Below are positions 25,711 through 38,880 of a stretch of DNA of 60,000 nucleotides, one piece after another; the stretch's first letter is position 1; the number at the start of each line of letters is the position of its first letter. Where the stretch lies: the NCBI GenBank assembly GCA_030390025.1, contig CM059438.1, forward strand, positions 58,592,001 through 58,652,000. The letters run 5' to 3'. This DNA comes from Squalus acanthias. Lineage: Eukaryota. The position numbers and the translations under genes were made by a program. The notes below the pieces were generated by a model. That model ran no database searches. It saw only the letters and a list, made by a program, of their open reading frames with translations, and was not told the DNA's origin.

Positions 25711-26359
25711 GGCCTGGATTTTAATTCCCCCACCTGGTGGAAACCAAACAGAGGGGCAGTTACGTGGGATTTGCTCACTCCTTTCCTGCCCCGATCTGAC
25801 CAGCTGCAATTTTAAATTACAGGCGGCAAGAACACCTGTCCAAAGCCGGAGAGGTCCTCTTTAAATATGTAGAGTGGGCTTCGATGACGTCATGGGGGCC
25901 CGATCTGCGATTTTAACCTGGGGCATGAGCAGGGGAGCAGTGGTGGTTTCTCCGTCAGACCAAGCCTGCCAGGACCCAGATCCTGGGTCAAAAGAAGCCC
26001 GGAAGGTAAGTTTTAATTTTCTATGTTTCCTTGAGGGTCAGCAGTGCTCCTCCAGGGCCTCACAAGGAAACCTTGGGTCTCCCTTGCCCCGTATTCACCC
26101 TGCTCCCCTGATCGTGATCATCTCTGGACCCCCCTCTCCTCAACATTTACCTGACTGCTGGGGCCTCCTGCCGCCCGAATTCCCGCTTCTGCCCCCTCCA
26201 GCCAGGCACTGATTTCCACTGCCCTTTGTGTGAAAAGGTGTTTCCTGATTTTTCTTCTGAATGGCCTGGCTCTAATTTTAAGATTATGTCCCCTTGTACT
26301 GGATTCCCCCAACAGAGGAAATAGTTTCTCTGATACACGTTTGTTCTAGTCAACCTATT

Positions 26360-27660
26360 TAACAGTTCCCTCGCCGCTGCCTTGAATGCCCTTGTTCTCA
26401 GCAAATCAATTACCATTTCCCATCCTGTCGCACCCCTGGTACAGTCCTCATCTTCACTCCCTCAAGTCAGAGGGGTGCAAACCCGAGCGTAACTGCAGCA
26501 CAGCTGCCTTAATCATCATGCGCCAGACCCGGCTTGACTGCGTCAAGCATTACCGTGCTTCCCTCTCGTCAGCCAAACCTGCCCATTATTCCAGAGCAAG
26601 GACAAGCCCAGGCTCCTTTTCTCCATGACCAAAAGCCACCTTAACCCTCTCTCCCTGTCCATCCACCCTCACTTCAAACACAAAGCGTGAGGAACTCATG
26701 GGTTTCTTCATCTCCAAAACAGAGACCATCCATGCAGCTGCCTCTATCCCTTTCTCCTGCCACCAACCTCCCCCTAGACTGCCACCAACTCTTCAGTGGC
26801 ATGCACTTTCTCACTCACCTCCAATCCTAACCACCCCAGCCCTCTACAAGCTCATCTCATCCTTGAGACCCACCTCCTGCTCCACTGACCCCCTTCCCAA
26901 TCAGCTCCTGATCACTCAACTCCTCGTAGTGGTCCCCTGCTCATTCTGTCTCATCTCCAACCTCCCTTTATTCCCTAAGGTCCTCAAGTGCATCATTGTC
27001 TCCCAGCTCAATGGACATTGCAACCAAAACTCCCTATTCGAATGCCTCCAGTCCAACTTCTAATCTTCTAATAGCACTGAATGGGCACTAGCCCTGTGGC
27101 TGCATTATCTCTCTTCATCCTCCTTGACCTTTCCACAGCAGTCGACATAGTTGACCATGCCATTCTCCTCCGCTTCCTCCACTGCATGTTTGACATCAAG
27201 TATTGGATGAGTTACAACTTCTTCCAGCTCAGCATCAGGAAGACAGTATCCAGCATTTTCAGTCCTACGACAAGCTCCTCTCTCTTGACACTGCTTCCAA
27301 CCCCCTCCCTGGCCACTCCTTCATGAACTAATTGCAGCCTTGGTGTCCTATTCAACCTGAGCAGGGATTTTAACCCCACACCCTACCCATCACCAAGATC
27401 ACCAACTCACCCCAACCACTGCTGGCTTCCATTCCTCTAACTTGCGTAAATACAACTTGTCCAAAACTCTGCTGCATGCATCCTGTCCCGCACTAAGTCC
27501 TGTCCGCCGATCACTCCCATCCCAGCTGAACTACATTCCCCATCTCCCAACGGATTAAATTCAAGATCTTCATCCTCATCTTCAAACCTCTCCATGCCCT
27601 TGCCCTGCCCTTAATCTGCAAACTTCTCCAGCTCCAACTTTCCTCCTGAACCCATTGTCC
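26360..27660 (+). mobile_element. Highly decayed L2 LINE
   Basis: ISNLPLFPKVLK and LLDLSTAVDIVDH motifs, C-rich strand, homology to 45920-47600. Confidence 0.75.
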
Positions 27661-27864
27661 GTCTCACAAGTTGGCAGCAGGTTCAAAACGCTGACTGTCA
27701 GTGTGAAATGTTGAAGGTTGGCTTGTATGTTGTGGTTAGGAAGGAGTCATTGGGTATCGGAAAGGTTCAGTCGGACTGGAAGCAACAAACCCACCACTTA
27801 AGTATAAAATGGGCAACAACTTTGATCCGGGAAAGTACACATTAGCCTAGCATCAACAAGGCTG

Positions 27865-29210
27865 TCATGGTGCCCATCTTCAAAAGGGAAATAAAGCAGA
27901 GACAAGCAACCACAGACCCATTAGACTTACATACATTCCATGGAAAATCCTGGAATCGATTATCGGGAGTAAACTTGAGGATTATCGCTACAATAATAAC
28001 TGCACAAACAGCAGTCAGCATGGATTGGAAGACCCAGCCTGACCAACCTCTACACTTCCATTAAGGAAGTCAAGCCCGAGTGGACGGTGATAAGCCCTAC
28101 GATGTTGTGTACCTAAACTTCCACAAGGCTTTTGACAAAGTTCCACATGAAAGGCTTTTAGTTAAACTCAAAGCTGTAAGGATTCAGGGTAGACCCTAGG
28201 TATGGATAACAAATTGGCTGAAGGCTAGAAAACAATGATTACTCTTCAGAGGAGACATGTCCAGGTAGGGAGGAATACTAAGGAAGGTGCCACAGGGCTC
28301 AGTGTTGGAATCACTAGTGTCTAATTTACATAAGTGACCTGGATTCAGAAACTCTTGCAAATTGGTCAAATTTACAAATGATACCAAACCAGGAGGGGGA
28401 GTGGAATTAAAGGAGGCAGCTCAGAAATTACATAATGAGTTGGATTAAAATATGTAAATGGTTAGAACAATGGCAGATGACATTTAATGCATACAAGTTT
28501 ATAGTACTGCCCATTGGAGAAAAAAATAAGTGATACACATACACCATGAATGGTGTTGAAATAGCTGAAGATGAAGTCAAAAGAGATTGAAGAGTCTTCG
28601 TTAACTCAACACTGACCATACCAAACCAATGCCAAGCAGTAATCAACAAAGCCAACAGATTGTTGAACTATAGTCAAAACAGTAGAATATAAGTCAGAGA
28701 AAGTTGTACCCAAACTGTACATGGCTCTGGTCAGACCGCACCTTGAGTACTGTGTCTAGTTCTGGTCGCCAACACACAAAGGGGACATTCAAATACTGGA
28801 GATAGTTCAGAGAAGAGCCACAAACTGGTCCCGAGTGTCAAAGGACTGAGCAATGAGAAGAGACTAGAGAAATTTGGGCTTTTCAACCTAGAAGAGGCAT
28901 CTGAAAGATGATCTTATAGAGGAAGATCAGGTAATAAACAGTATGGGAATATTACTTAAAGTTAAATTCCAGGAGTAGGACAAGAGGACATAGAATCAAA
29001 CTAATAAAAGGACTGGTGTCAGCAAAAGTCTTCTTTACACAAAGAGAAGTCAATGTGAGGAATAAACTTTCAGGAAGGGGTGGTGGAGAGGTAACCCTGG
29101 AATCATTTAAGAAACAATCAGATGCTGAAATGGGCGGGACTTCAGAACCTACTTGATAGATGAATTAAGATGGGCTGAATGGCCTTCCTTATCCATAACT
29201 ATCTTGTGAA
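27865..29210 (+). mobile_element. Old CR1 LINE
   Basis: AAGGCTTTTGACAAAGTTCCACAT (KAFDKVPH), GTCAGACCGCACCTTGAGTACTG (VRPHLEYC), GATGGGCTGAATGGCCT tail. Confidence 0.82.
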
Positions 29211-30136
29211 TAACAGGTAAAATAAAGGAAGCTATATTTAAGCAGCTGGGAGAGAACAGCCACCCAAAGAACTCTCCCCCACCCACCCCAGATTTTCCTT
29301 CCTCCAAGAAATTACAATACAGGAAAGGAATACCTTAGAGGAGGGAAAGTCTAGGGGTGAGTTCTTTTTATTCAAAGTATATAAAATAGATTGACAAGAG
29401 GTTCTTGTCTGATGAGTTTGTTTTGATTAGCGCCTTGGATTTTGTCGCAAGACTCCTATTTTATTGTACTGTTCAATCTCTCACCAATATTACTGTAAAT
29501 AATTTTATTTGTGAATGAAGTAGTTGGCCTGAAAGGGGACTGGTCTGGCTGATATTATCAGACCCATCCAAAGCAACTCGCGAGGTAATCGAATCCTACG
29601 TACTACCCAGCAGCGTTTACAAGAAGAGGGAGGATTGGGCTAAATGAATAAGCTCAAGTTTCAGATGAAGACGACTCTGAGCTCACCTAAGGAACTCGCC
29701 CTTTGAGGTGAGAATGAGTAAAAAAGTGTAGCGAGCAAGCATGAATTGGAGCACAAGCAATGGAGAGGGTGTGGAAAGGAACAGCAAGACTGTGTCAGTG
29801 ACAAGCAAGTGTAAAGAATATGAGCTGTGAGGGAAGGTGAGAAACAAGAAAAGAAGGCAGTAGAGGAGAGATTTCATTGGGGTATGCAAAATATTAAATG
29901 GGATGGATCAGAGAAACCCAGAATATTATGGGAGACAGAGCTAATCTGAGTAATTACAGGCCAGTTAGATTAACATCGGTGGTAGGGAAAACTTTAGAAT
30001 ATATAATTTAAGATGAAATTAGCACATATCTAGATAAAGAGAACAAAGAAGTAGACAGCTCAGATTTAATAGAATTCTTTGAGGAGGTAACAGACATGGT
30101 AGATGGGGAAATACAGTGGATATTGTGTACATGGTC

Positions 30137-32105
30137 ATAGAGTCATAACGGCACAGAAGGAGGCCATTCAGCCCATCGAGTCCGTGCCAGCTCTCTGTAG
30201 AGCAATCCAGTCAGTCCCATTTCCCCGCTCTATCCCCATAGCCCTGCAAGTTTATTTCCCTCAAGTGCCTATCCAGTCTCCCCTTGAAAATATTGAGTGT
30301 CTCCGCTTCCACCACTTCCGTCGGCAGCGAGTTCCAGGTCCTTACCACTCACTGCGTAAAAAAGTTTTTCCTCACGTCCTCCCTGTATCTCTTGCCCGAA
30401 ACCTTAAATCTGTGTCCCCTAGTCCTTGTACCATCAACTAGTGGGAACAGCCTTTCCCCATCTAGCCTATCCAAACCCGTCATAATCTTGTACACCTCTA
30501 TCAAATCACCCCTCAACCTCCTTTGCTCTAATGAAAACAAATCCAGCTTCTCCAACCTATCCTTGTAGCTAAGATCCCTCATCCCCGGAACCATTCTGGT
30601 AAATCTCCTCTGCACCCTCTCAAGGGCCTTCACATCCTTCCTAAAGTGTGGTGACCAGAACTGGACGCAATACTCCAGTTGTGCCTAATCTGTGCTTTAT
30701 AAAGGTTCAGCATAACTTCTCTACTTTTGTACTCAATACCTCGATTTATGAAGCCCAAGATCCCATATGCTTTGTTAACCACTCTCTCAATATGTCCTGC
30801 CACCTTCAGGGACCTATGCACATTAACTCCCAGGTCCCTCTGTTCCTGCACACTCTTCAAAACTGTGCCATTAAGTGTATATTGCCTCTCCCTGTTCCTT
30901 CTGCCAAAATGCATCACCTCTCTGTATTAAATTCCATCTGCCACTTGTCTGCCCATTCTGCTAGCCTTTCTATGTCCTGTTGCAGTCGATTGGTATCATC
31001 ATCACTGTTTGCCACACCCCCAAGTTTGGTGTCATCGGCAAATTTAGAAATTCTACTCTGTATTCCAGTATCCAGGTCATTTATATATATCAAAAGAAGC
31101 AGTGGCCCCAACACTGACCCTTGGGGAACACCACTGTCTATCATCCTCCAGTCTGAATAACTCGTTGTTTTCTGTCCTTAAGCCAGTTCCTTATCCAAGC
31201 TGCCACTGACCCACCTATTCCATGAGCCTCAATTTTGTTAACCAGCTTTCTATGTGGTACTTTGTCAAATGCCTTCCGAAAATCCATGTAGACAACATCC
31301 ATTGCATTCCCTTCATCAATCCTCTCTGTTGCTTCATCAAAAAATTCAATTAGATTAGTCAAACACGAACTGCCTTTTACAAATCCGTGTTGGCTCTCCT
31401 TAATTAGCTTAAACCTCTCCAAATGCCCGTTAATTTTTTCCTTAATTATTGTTTCTAAAACTTTACCCACCGCTGATGTTAAACTGACCGCCCTGTAGTT
31501 ACTAGGATTGCCCTTACACCCTTTCTTGAACAATGGTGTCACATTTGAGACTTTCCAATCCTTAGGCACCTCCCCTGCATCTAGGGAAGATTGGAAAATT
31601 ATGGCAAGCCCTTCCGCTATCTTCTCCCGCAATTCCCTTAGCAACCTGGGATGCAAGCCATCTGGAACAGGCGACTTGTCCACTCTAAGCATACCCAGCC
31701 TTTCTTGTACATCCTGTCTATCAATTTTCACCCCTTCCATTGCTTCTACCTTTTCCACTTCTACCGATATTTTGTCAGCATCCACCTCCTTAGTAAACAC
31801 CGATACAAAGTATTCTAGCCTTGCCCTGCGCCTCTAAGCATATATCACCTTCTTTGTCTCTAATAGGCCCCACCCCGCCTCTTACTGCCCGCTTACTGTT
31901 TGGGTTCCCTTTTATGTTAACCGCCATTCTACTCTCATATTCTCTCTTTGCCCATCTTATTTTCATCTTCACATCCCCGCTCAACTTATTGTATTTGGTT
32001 TGGTTCTCCCTTGAAGAATTCACCTGACATGCATTATACACCATCTTTTTTTGTTTCATCATCTTCTCTATCTCCCTCGTCATCCAAGGAGCCCCTGGAT
32101 TTAGG
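30137..32105 (-). mobile_element. CR1 LINE (RT and 3' UTR)
   Basis: Minus ORFs 30349-30633, 30630-30917, 30914-31144, 31141-31800, 31790-32119; tail CATAGAGTCATAAC. Confidence 0.93.
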
Positions 32106-33375
32106 AAAACCTTTGACAATTTACCACATGGTCGATTACCAGTGAAGATTAAAGGGTCAAGAGTTAGAGGAAGGTTAGCAAACCAGATTAAAAAATGGTT
32201 AGAAAGGAGAAAACAGAGTAGGAGTTAAGGGCAGATTTTCTGAGTGTTTGGAAGTGGGTAGAGGAGTCCCGCAGGAATCAATATTTTGGATATAGGCCTA
32301 GAGAGTATATAGCAGAGAGAATCGACAAGGGTAATGTAGTAGATGTAATATATCTAAACTTCCAAAAGGCCTTCGATAAGGTACGACATAATAGACTAAT
32401 GAATAAGGTCAGAGCATGCGGAGTCAGGGGACAAGTAGCAGAATGAATTGTTAGCTGGCTGCAAGACAGAAAGCGGAGAGTAGGGTAGCTATTCAGAGTG
32501 GCAGAAGGTGGGAAGTGGGGCCCCACAAGGATCAGTGCTGGGACCACTGTTGTTCACAATTTACATTAACGATTTAGATTTTGGAATCAAAAACACAATT
32601 TCTAAATTTGCGGATGACACCAAATTGGAGGGGCTAGTCAACACCGAGGAGGACTGCAACACATTACAGGAGGACATTAATAAACTTGCAGAATGGGCAT
32701 ATAATTGGCAAATGAATTTCAACATAGATAAGTGTAAGGTATTACATTTCGATAAGAAAAATGAGGAGGTCACATATTACTTTGAAAAAAAAATCTGAAT
32801 GGGGTAGAGGGGCAAAGGGATCTGGGAGTACAAATACACAAATCACAAAAAGTTGCAACACAGGTCAATAAGACCATAAAAAAAGCAAACCAAGCACTGG
32901 GGTTTATTTCTAGAGGGATAGAATTGAAAGGTAGTGAAGTTATGCTAAACCTGTATCGAACCTTGGTTAGACCACACTTAGAGTACTGTGTACAGTTCTG
33001 GTCACCATATTATAAAAAGGATAAAGAGGCACTGGAGAGGGTGCAAAAAATGTTTACAAGGATGATACCAGAACTGCAAGGTTATACCTATCAGGAAAAG
33101 ATGAACAGGCTGGATCTCTTTTCTCCTGAAAAGAGAAGACTGAGGGGTGACCTAAGAGAGATCTTTAAAATTCTGAAACGTTTTGATAGAGTAGGCACAG
33201 AGAGAGTGTTTCCACTTGTGGGGAAGAGCAAAACTACAGGCAATCAATATAAATATGGAATTCAGGAGAAACTTCTTTACTCAGAGAGTGGTGAGAATGT
33301 GGAACTCGCTACCACAGAGGGGGGGGGGCGGGGGGTGGTAGTTGAGACGAATAGCATAGATGCATTTAATGGGAA
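32106..33375 (+). mobile_element. CR1 fragments
   Basis: ORFs 32508-32798 ([15 protein letters not shown]) and 32924-33415 (RPHLEYC). Confidence 0.88.
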
Positions 33376-34057
33376 TGTAAGAATATGGGTTTATGAGTGT
33401 ATTTTGAGGGGTTAAGCATTGCAAGAGTTATATGACCGTAAGCTTTTCTCGAAAGCTACTGCTCTGCAAAAATACACTGTTTTGGACTGTCTGCTGACTT
33501 CAGGCAGGTGCAGTATCACAAGTGGCCTTGTTATTGCAAAAACTAATTGTTACTGCTACAAGAGAGAGGAAAAGAACAGGGTGAGACTTAGAGCTGTCTA
33601 CAGCCTTATCTCTTATCTCTTTCTATGTCTGTGGGAATGCACAAACTTTTGTAAGCTGTTGAAATATAATCAAATATAATTCCCTTTTACTATTTTTCAG
33701 CATTCAGCTTTGCTAGATTGCAGTTTCACATTAAGGTATCTAATCCATAGGTTTATTAGTTTAGATTTATTTCTCATCTGTTAGAATTAGGGGAAAGTAT
33801 TTAAAATCTGGATTTTATTTGCAGTTAGAACTCTTGTTGTCCTCAAGGTTGCATCATCAACAAAAAACAGGCACAGAAAAAGCTTGTGCTAAGGCTGTAA
33901 AGCAGATAAGGGGGGCCCAAGGCCTGTGCCTGAACACAGAACTATGATTGGATGGACTTTTCCAAAGTTCCGTTTTTTGGGATACATCCTAGTGGGTTTG
34001 GGACATTCTCAGTGTAGAAGCGCCAGGAAGGGCACCAGACAGGTGTGGACATGTATA

Positions 34058-36160
34058 AGAACATAAGAATTAAGAACAGGAGTAGGCCATACGGCCCCTC
34101 GAGCCTGCTCTGAAATTCAATAAGATCATGGCTGATCTTTGACCTCAACTCCAATCTCCACCCGATCCCCATATCCCTTGATTTCCCTAGAGTCCAAAAA
34201 TCTATCTATACTCAATGATTCAGCATCCACAGCCCTTTGGGGCAGAGAATTCCAAAGATTTACAACCTTCTGAGTGAAGAAATTCCTCCTCATCTCAGTC
34301 TTAAATGACCGACCCCTAAACTGAGACTATGCCCCCTAGTTCTAGACTCTCCAGCCAGGGGAAACAACCTCTCAGCATCTACCTTGTAAATCCCCCTTAG
34401 AATCTTGTATGTTTCAATGAGATCACCTCTTATTCGTCTAACCTCCAGAGAGTATAGGCCCAATCTATTCAATCTCTCCTCATAGGACAACCCTCTCATC
34501 CCAGGAATCAATCTAGTGAACCTTCGTTGCACCGCATCTAAAGCAAGTATATCCTTCCTCAGATAAGGAGACCAAAACTGTGCACAGTACTCCCGGTGTG
34601 GTTTTGCCAAAGCCCTGTACAATGGTAGCAAGACTTCCTTACTCTTATACTCCAACCCCCTTGCAATAAAGGCCAACATGCCATATGCCTTCCTAATTGC
34701 TTGCTGTACCTGCATGCTAATTCTCTGTGTTTCCTGTACGAGGACACCTAAATCTCTCTGAACACCAATAATAGTTTCTTACCATTTAAAAAAATTCTGT
34801 TTTTCTATTCTTCCTACCAAAGTGAATAACCTCACATTTCCCCACATTATACTCCATCTGCCACATTATTGCCTATTCACTTAACCTTTGGAGGCTCTTT
34901 GTGCCCTCCTCACATAAGGGGTCGGCCATTTAAGACTGAGATGAGGAGGAATTTTTTCACTGAGAGGGATGTGATTCTTTGGAATTCTCTACCCCAAAGG
35001 GCTGTGGATGCTCAGTCGTTGAGTATATGCAGGGCTGAGACAGATAGATTTTTGGACTCAAATCATGAGATATCGAGATTGGGCGGGAATGTTGAGTTGA
35101 GGTCAAAGATCAGCCATGATCTTAGTGAATGGCAGAGCAGGCTCGAGGGGCTGTATGGCCTATTCCTGCTCCTAATTCTTATGTTCTTATGTTCTATCCA
35201 TTCTAATATAATAGCCCCAACCCCATGTGCCCTTATCTTGCATAACAACCTTTTGTGTGGCACCTTATCGAATGCCTTTTGGAAATCCAATTATGCTACA
35301 TCCATTGGTTCCCCCTGCTAGTTACATCCTCAAAAACTCTAATAAATTTGTTAAACACGATTTCCCTTTCATAAAACCATGTTGACTCTGCCTAATCATG
35401 TTATGATTTTCTCAGTGCCCTGTTCCACTTCCTTAATAATGGATTCCAGCATTTTCCCGACGACTGATGTCAGGCTAACTGGTCTGTAGTTCCCTGTTTT
35501 CTCTCTCCCTCCTTTCTTGAATAGTGGGGTTACATTTGCTACCTTCCAATCCGCTGGGACCATTCTAGAATCTAGGGGATTTTGGAAGATCACAACCAAT
35601 GCATCCACTATCTCTGCAGCCACCTCTTTTAGAACCCTAGGATATAGGCCATCAGGTCCAAGCGATTTGTCGGCTTTTAGTCTGATTAGTTTCTAAGTAC
35701 ATTTCTCTACTGATCTTAATTACTTTAAGTTCCTCACTCTCATTAGGCCCTTGGTTCCCCACTAGTTTTGGTGTACTTTTTGTGTCTTCTACTGTGAAGA
35801 CAGATACAACATATTTGTTTAAAGTCTCTGCCATTTCCTTATTCCCAAGGACAAAGGCCGAGGCTCCTCCAGCACTGCACCTAGGGTCCCCTTACCTGCC
35901 TGAGTTGCAGTCACACCCCGCTGTCCCTGACCACGAACCAGACCTGTACCTAAGGGGTGTGACTGCCTCCTGGATCAAAGTGTCCAGGTAACATTCTGCT
36001 CTCTGATGCACCGCAATGTCGAACTCCTGCTCAACAACTCTGAGCAGAAGTTCCTCGAGATGCAGACACTTACTGCAGATGAGGTCATCCGGGATCGCGA
36101 TGCTCTCCACAAACTCCCATATGCTGCAGTTGCAGCACACCACCTGCACGGCCATCCTTA
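34058..36160 (-). mobile_element. CR1 LINE with internal deletions, including an ORF1 N-terminal piece; nested + strand CR1 tail at about 34915-35190
   Basis: ORF2 pieces 34290-34715 and 35396-35623; ORF1-like MAVQVVCCNCSIWE...CSKC at 35892-36155. Confidence 0.88.
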
Positions 36161-36398
36161 TATAACCTTGTTTTATTTATTTAATTAATTAAAGTTTATG
36201 TATTTAATTAACTTAGCTTATAGTTTAGTTTTTTAACTAATTACTTGAATTATTTTAATTTATACCTAATTTATAGGTAGATTCAATTAAATATTTACCT
36301 GTAACACAAACCACTTCAAGGCACCTCCTTCCCCCTCTGCTCCGAATTCCCACTCTCTCCAAATTCCCAACTTTAACACTCAGTGCACTCCGTTTAAG

Positions 36399-36794
36399 AC
36401 CTGGTATGAGGAAATACAAATACGAAGAAAGACTCAAAACATTGGGTCTTTTTTCTTTAGAACAGGACAGATTACAGGCCGATATGATAGAAGTGTTTAA
36501 AATTATGAAAGGCTGGAACAGATAGAAGCAGACTGTGTCCAGTAGTTGAGGGGTTAAGAACGAGGGGCCATAGATACAAGATTGAATGTAAGAGATTTAG
36601 AACAGAGAGCAGGAGAAACTTCACAAAGAGAGAGTCGTGAAGTTGTGCAATTCAATTCCAGGGTTAGTGGTTGAGGCAAAAACTGTGTCAACATTGAATA
36701 TTAGATTGGACAGGAGGATGAAGGGATCTGGCAACAGAGTAAATGTGAGTTTGCTTGCGTGGAGGGTAAGTGCCAACACGGACTGTTGTTAAGA
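36399..36794 (+). mobile_element. CR1 3' fragment, near-duplicate of 38895-39295
   Basis: Shared sequence CCTGGTATGAGGAAATACAAATA ... GTGCCAACACGGACTGTTGTTAAG. Confidence 0.8.
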
Positions 36795-36926
36795 TGTGAG
36801 TAGAAGATATGAGGAATGAGCCATGCCTTCTACCCAAAGGACAATAATGGATAATATAATTCTCAATTGTACTTTGTAAACTGCTGCTTGAATACTGAGT
36901 GTATTCAGTCTCACTTCTGCTTAAAT

Positions 36927-37390
36927 GTCAGCCGTGGCTCACTGCTATCACCCTCGCCTCTGAGTCAGAAGGTTGAAGTCCCAATCCAGAGACTTGAGCA
37001 CAAAAATCCAGGCTGACACTCCATTACAGTGCTGAGGGAGCGCCGCACTGTCGGAGGTGCCGTCTTTCGGAGGAGACGTTAAACCGAGGCCCCGTCTGCC
37101 CTCTCAGGTGGATGTAAAAGATCCCATGGCACTATTTTGAAGAAGAGCAGGGGAGTTATCCCTGGTGTCCTGGCCAATATTTACTCTCAATCAACATCAC
37201 TAAAACAGATTATCAGGTCATTATCACGTTGCTGTTTGCGGGAGCTTGCTGTGCGCAAATTGGCTGCCGCGTCTCCCACATTACAACAGTGACTCCACTT
37301 CAAAAAAAGTACTTCATTGGCTGTAAAGCGCTTTGGGAACGTCCGGTGATCGTGAAAGGCGTTATAGAAATGCAAGTCTTGCTTTTTCTT
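36927..37390 (+). mobile_element. SacSINE1-like Deu-SINE (tRNA head, Deu domain, L2 tail)
   Basis: GCACTGTCGGAGGTGCCGTCTTTCGG...AAAAGATCCCATGGCACT core; 3' end GTAAAGCGCTTTGGG...ATAGAAATGCAAGT shared with the L2 elements. Confidence 0.87.
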
Positions 37391-37811
37391 GCTAAATAAA
37401 ATCATAACTGTTACCAATATAGAGTCAGCTTCGAACTATTAAACAGACAGTCCAAATTTATTACAGGAAGCTAGATAAGCATGAGGGAGAAGGGAATAGA
37501 GGGTTATGCTGATAGATTTAGATGAGGAAAGACGGGAGGAGGCTCGAGTGGAGCATAAACGCCAGCATTGACTGGTTGGGCCGAATGGCCTGTTTCTGTG
37601 CTGTAATTCCATGTAATAGAGGGAGTGGTTTCGAAATTTGCAGCTGATACCAAAATAGGAGGAGTAGTTAATTCTTCAGAAGACCAAAAGAAGTCTCAGA
37701 GGCTGTTGATAAGATGGGAAATGGGCAAAAAAGTGGAGATGGAATTCAATATCAGTAATTGTGAGGTGATGTATTTTGGTAAAAAAATACCAGCAGTAAT
37801 TATACTGTGAC

Positions 37812-38420
37812 TGGAAGTAGGCTCGGGGCTGTGGGGGAGCAGAGGGATTTGGGGAAGTAGGCTCGGGGCTGTGGGGAGCAGGGGGATTTGGGGAAGTAGG
37901 CTCGGAGCTGGGGAAGAGCAGAGGGATTTGGGGAAGTAGGCTCGGGGCTGTGGGGAGAGCAGGGGGATTTGGGGAAGTAGGCTCGGGGCTGTGGGGGAGC
38001 AGGGGGATTTGGGGAAGTAGGCTCGGGGCTGTGGGGAGCAGTGGGATTTGGGGAAGTAGGCTCGGGGCTGTGGGGGAGCAGAGGGATTTGGGGAAGTAGG
38101 CTCGGGGCTGTGGAGGAGCAGAGGGATTTGGGGAAGTAGGCTCGGGGCTGTGGGGGAGCAGAGGGATTTGGGGAAGTAGGCTCGGGGCTGTGGGGGAGCA
38201 GAGGGATTTGGGGAAGTAGGCTCGGGGCTGGGGAAGAGCAGAGGGATTTGGGGAAGTAGGCTCGGGGCTGTGGGGGAGCAGGGGGATTTGGGGAAGTAGG
38301 CTCGGGGCTGTGGGGGAGCAGAGGGATTTGGGGAAGTAGGCTCGGGGCTGTGGGGAAGCAGTGGGATTTGGGGAAGTAGGCTCGGGGCTGGGGAAGAGCA
38401 GAGGGATTTGCGGAACAGGT
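37812..38420. repeat. 40-bp G-rich minisatellite GGGGAAGTAGGCTCGGGGCTGTGGGGGAGCAGAGGGATTT (about 15 units)
   Basis: Direct tandem periodicity of 39-41 bp. Confidence 0.95.
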
Positions 38421-38649
38421 TCACAGGACATTAAAGGCATCACCTCATGTTGATAAGGTTGTAAAAAAGCTAATGGAATTCTAGGTTTTATCACAAGAGG
38501 TATGGAATAGAAAAGACAAGAGGTAATGATGAGCCTGTGTAAAACCTCAATAAACCTCACTTCGAGTACTGTGTGCAGTATTGGGCGCCACACTATAACA
38601 AGACATTGAGGGATTAGAGAGGGTATAACACAGATTCACTAGAATGCTA

Positions 38650-38880
38650 ATACGATAGCAAAATACTGCGGATGCTGGAAATCCGAAATAACAACAGAAA
38701 ACGCTGGAAAAACTCAGCAGGCCAGGCAGCATCTGTGGAGAGAGAAACAGAGTTAACGTTTCAGGTCGAAGACCTTTCTATGTTCTGACGAAAGGTCTTC
38801 GACCTGAAACGTTAACTCTGTTTCTCTCTCCACGGATGCTGCCTGGCCTGCTGAGTTTTTCCAGTGTTTTCTGTTGTTAT
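38650..38880. mobile_element. Fold-back Penelope pLTR mini-element (family A)
   Basis: TSD TTCACTAGAATGCTA at 38635-38649 and 38881-38895. The inverted arms match the termini of the Penelope element at 48794-50887. Confidence 0.9.
38782..38816 (+). ncRNA. Minimal hammerhead ribozyme motif (family A)
   Basis: GUU-CUGACGA-A-AGGUC(uuc)GACCU-GAAAC-GUU-AAC. Confidence 0.7.

Noticed and set aside
37676..38593. Proline-rich 305-aa and 242-aa ORFs
   Set aside because: Translations of the 40-bp minisatellite.
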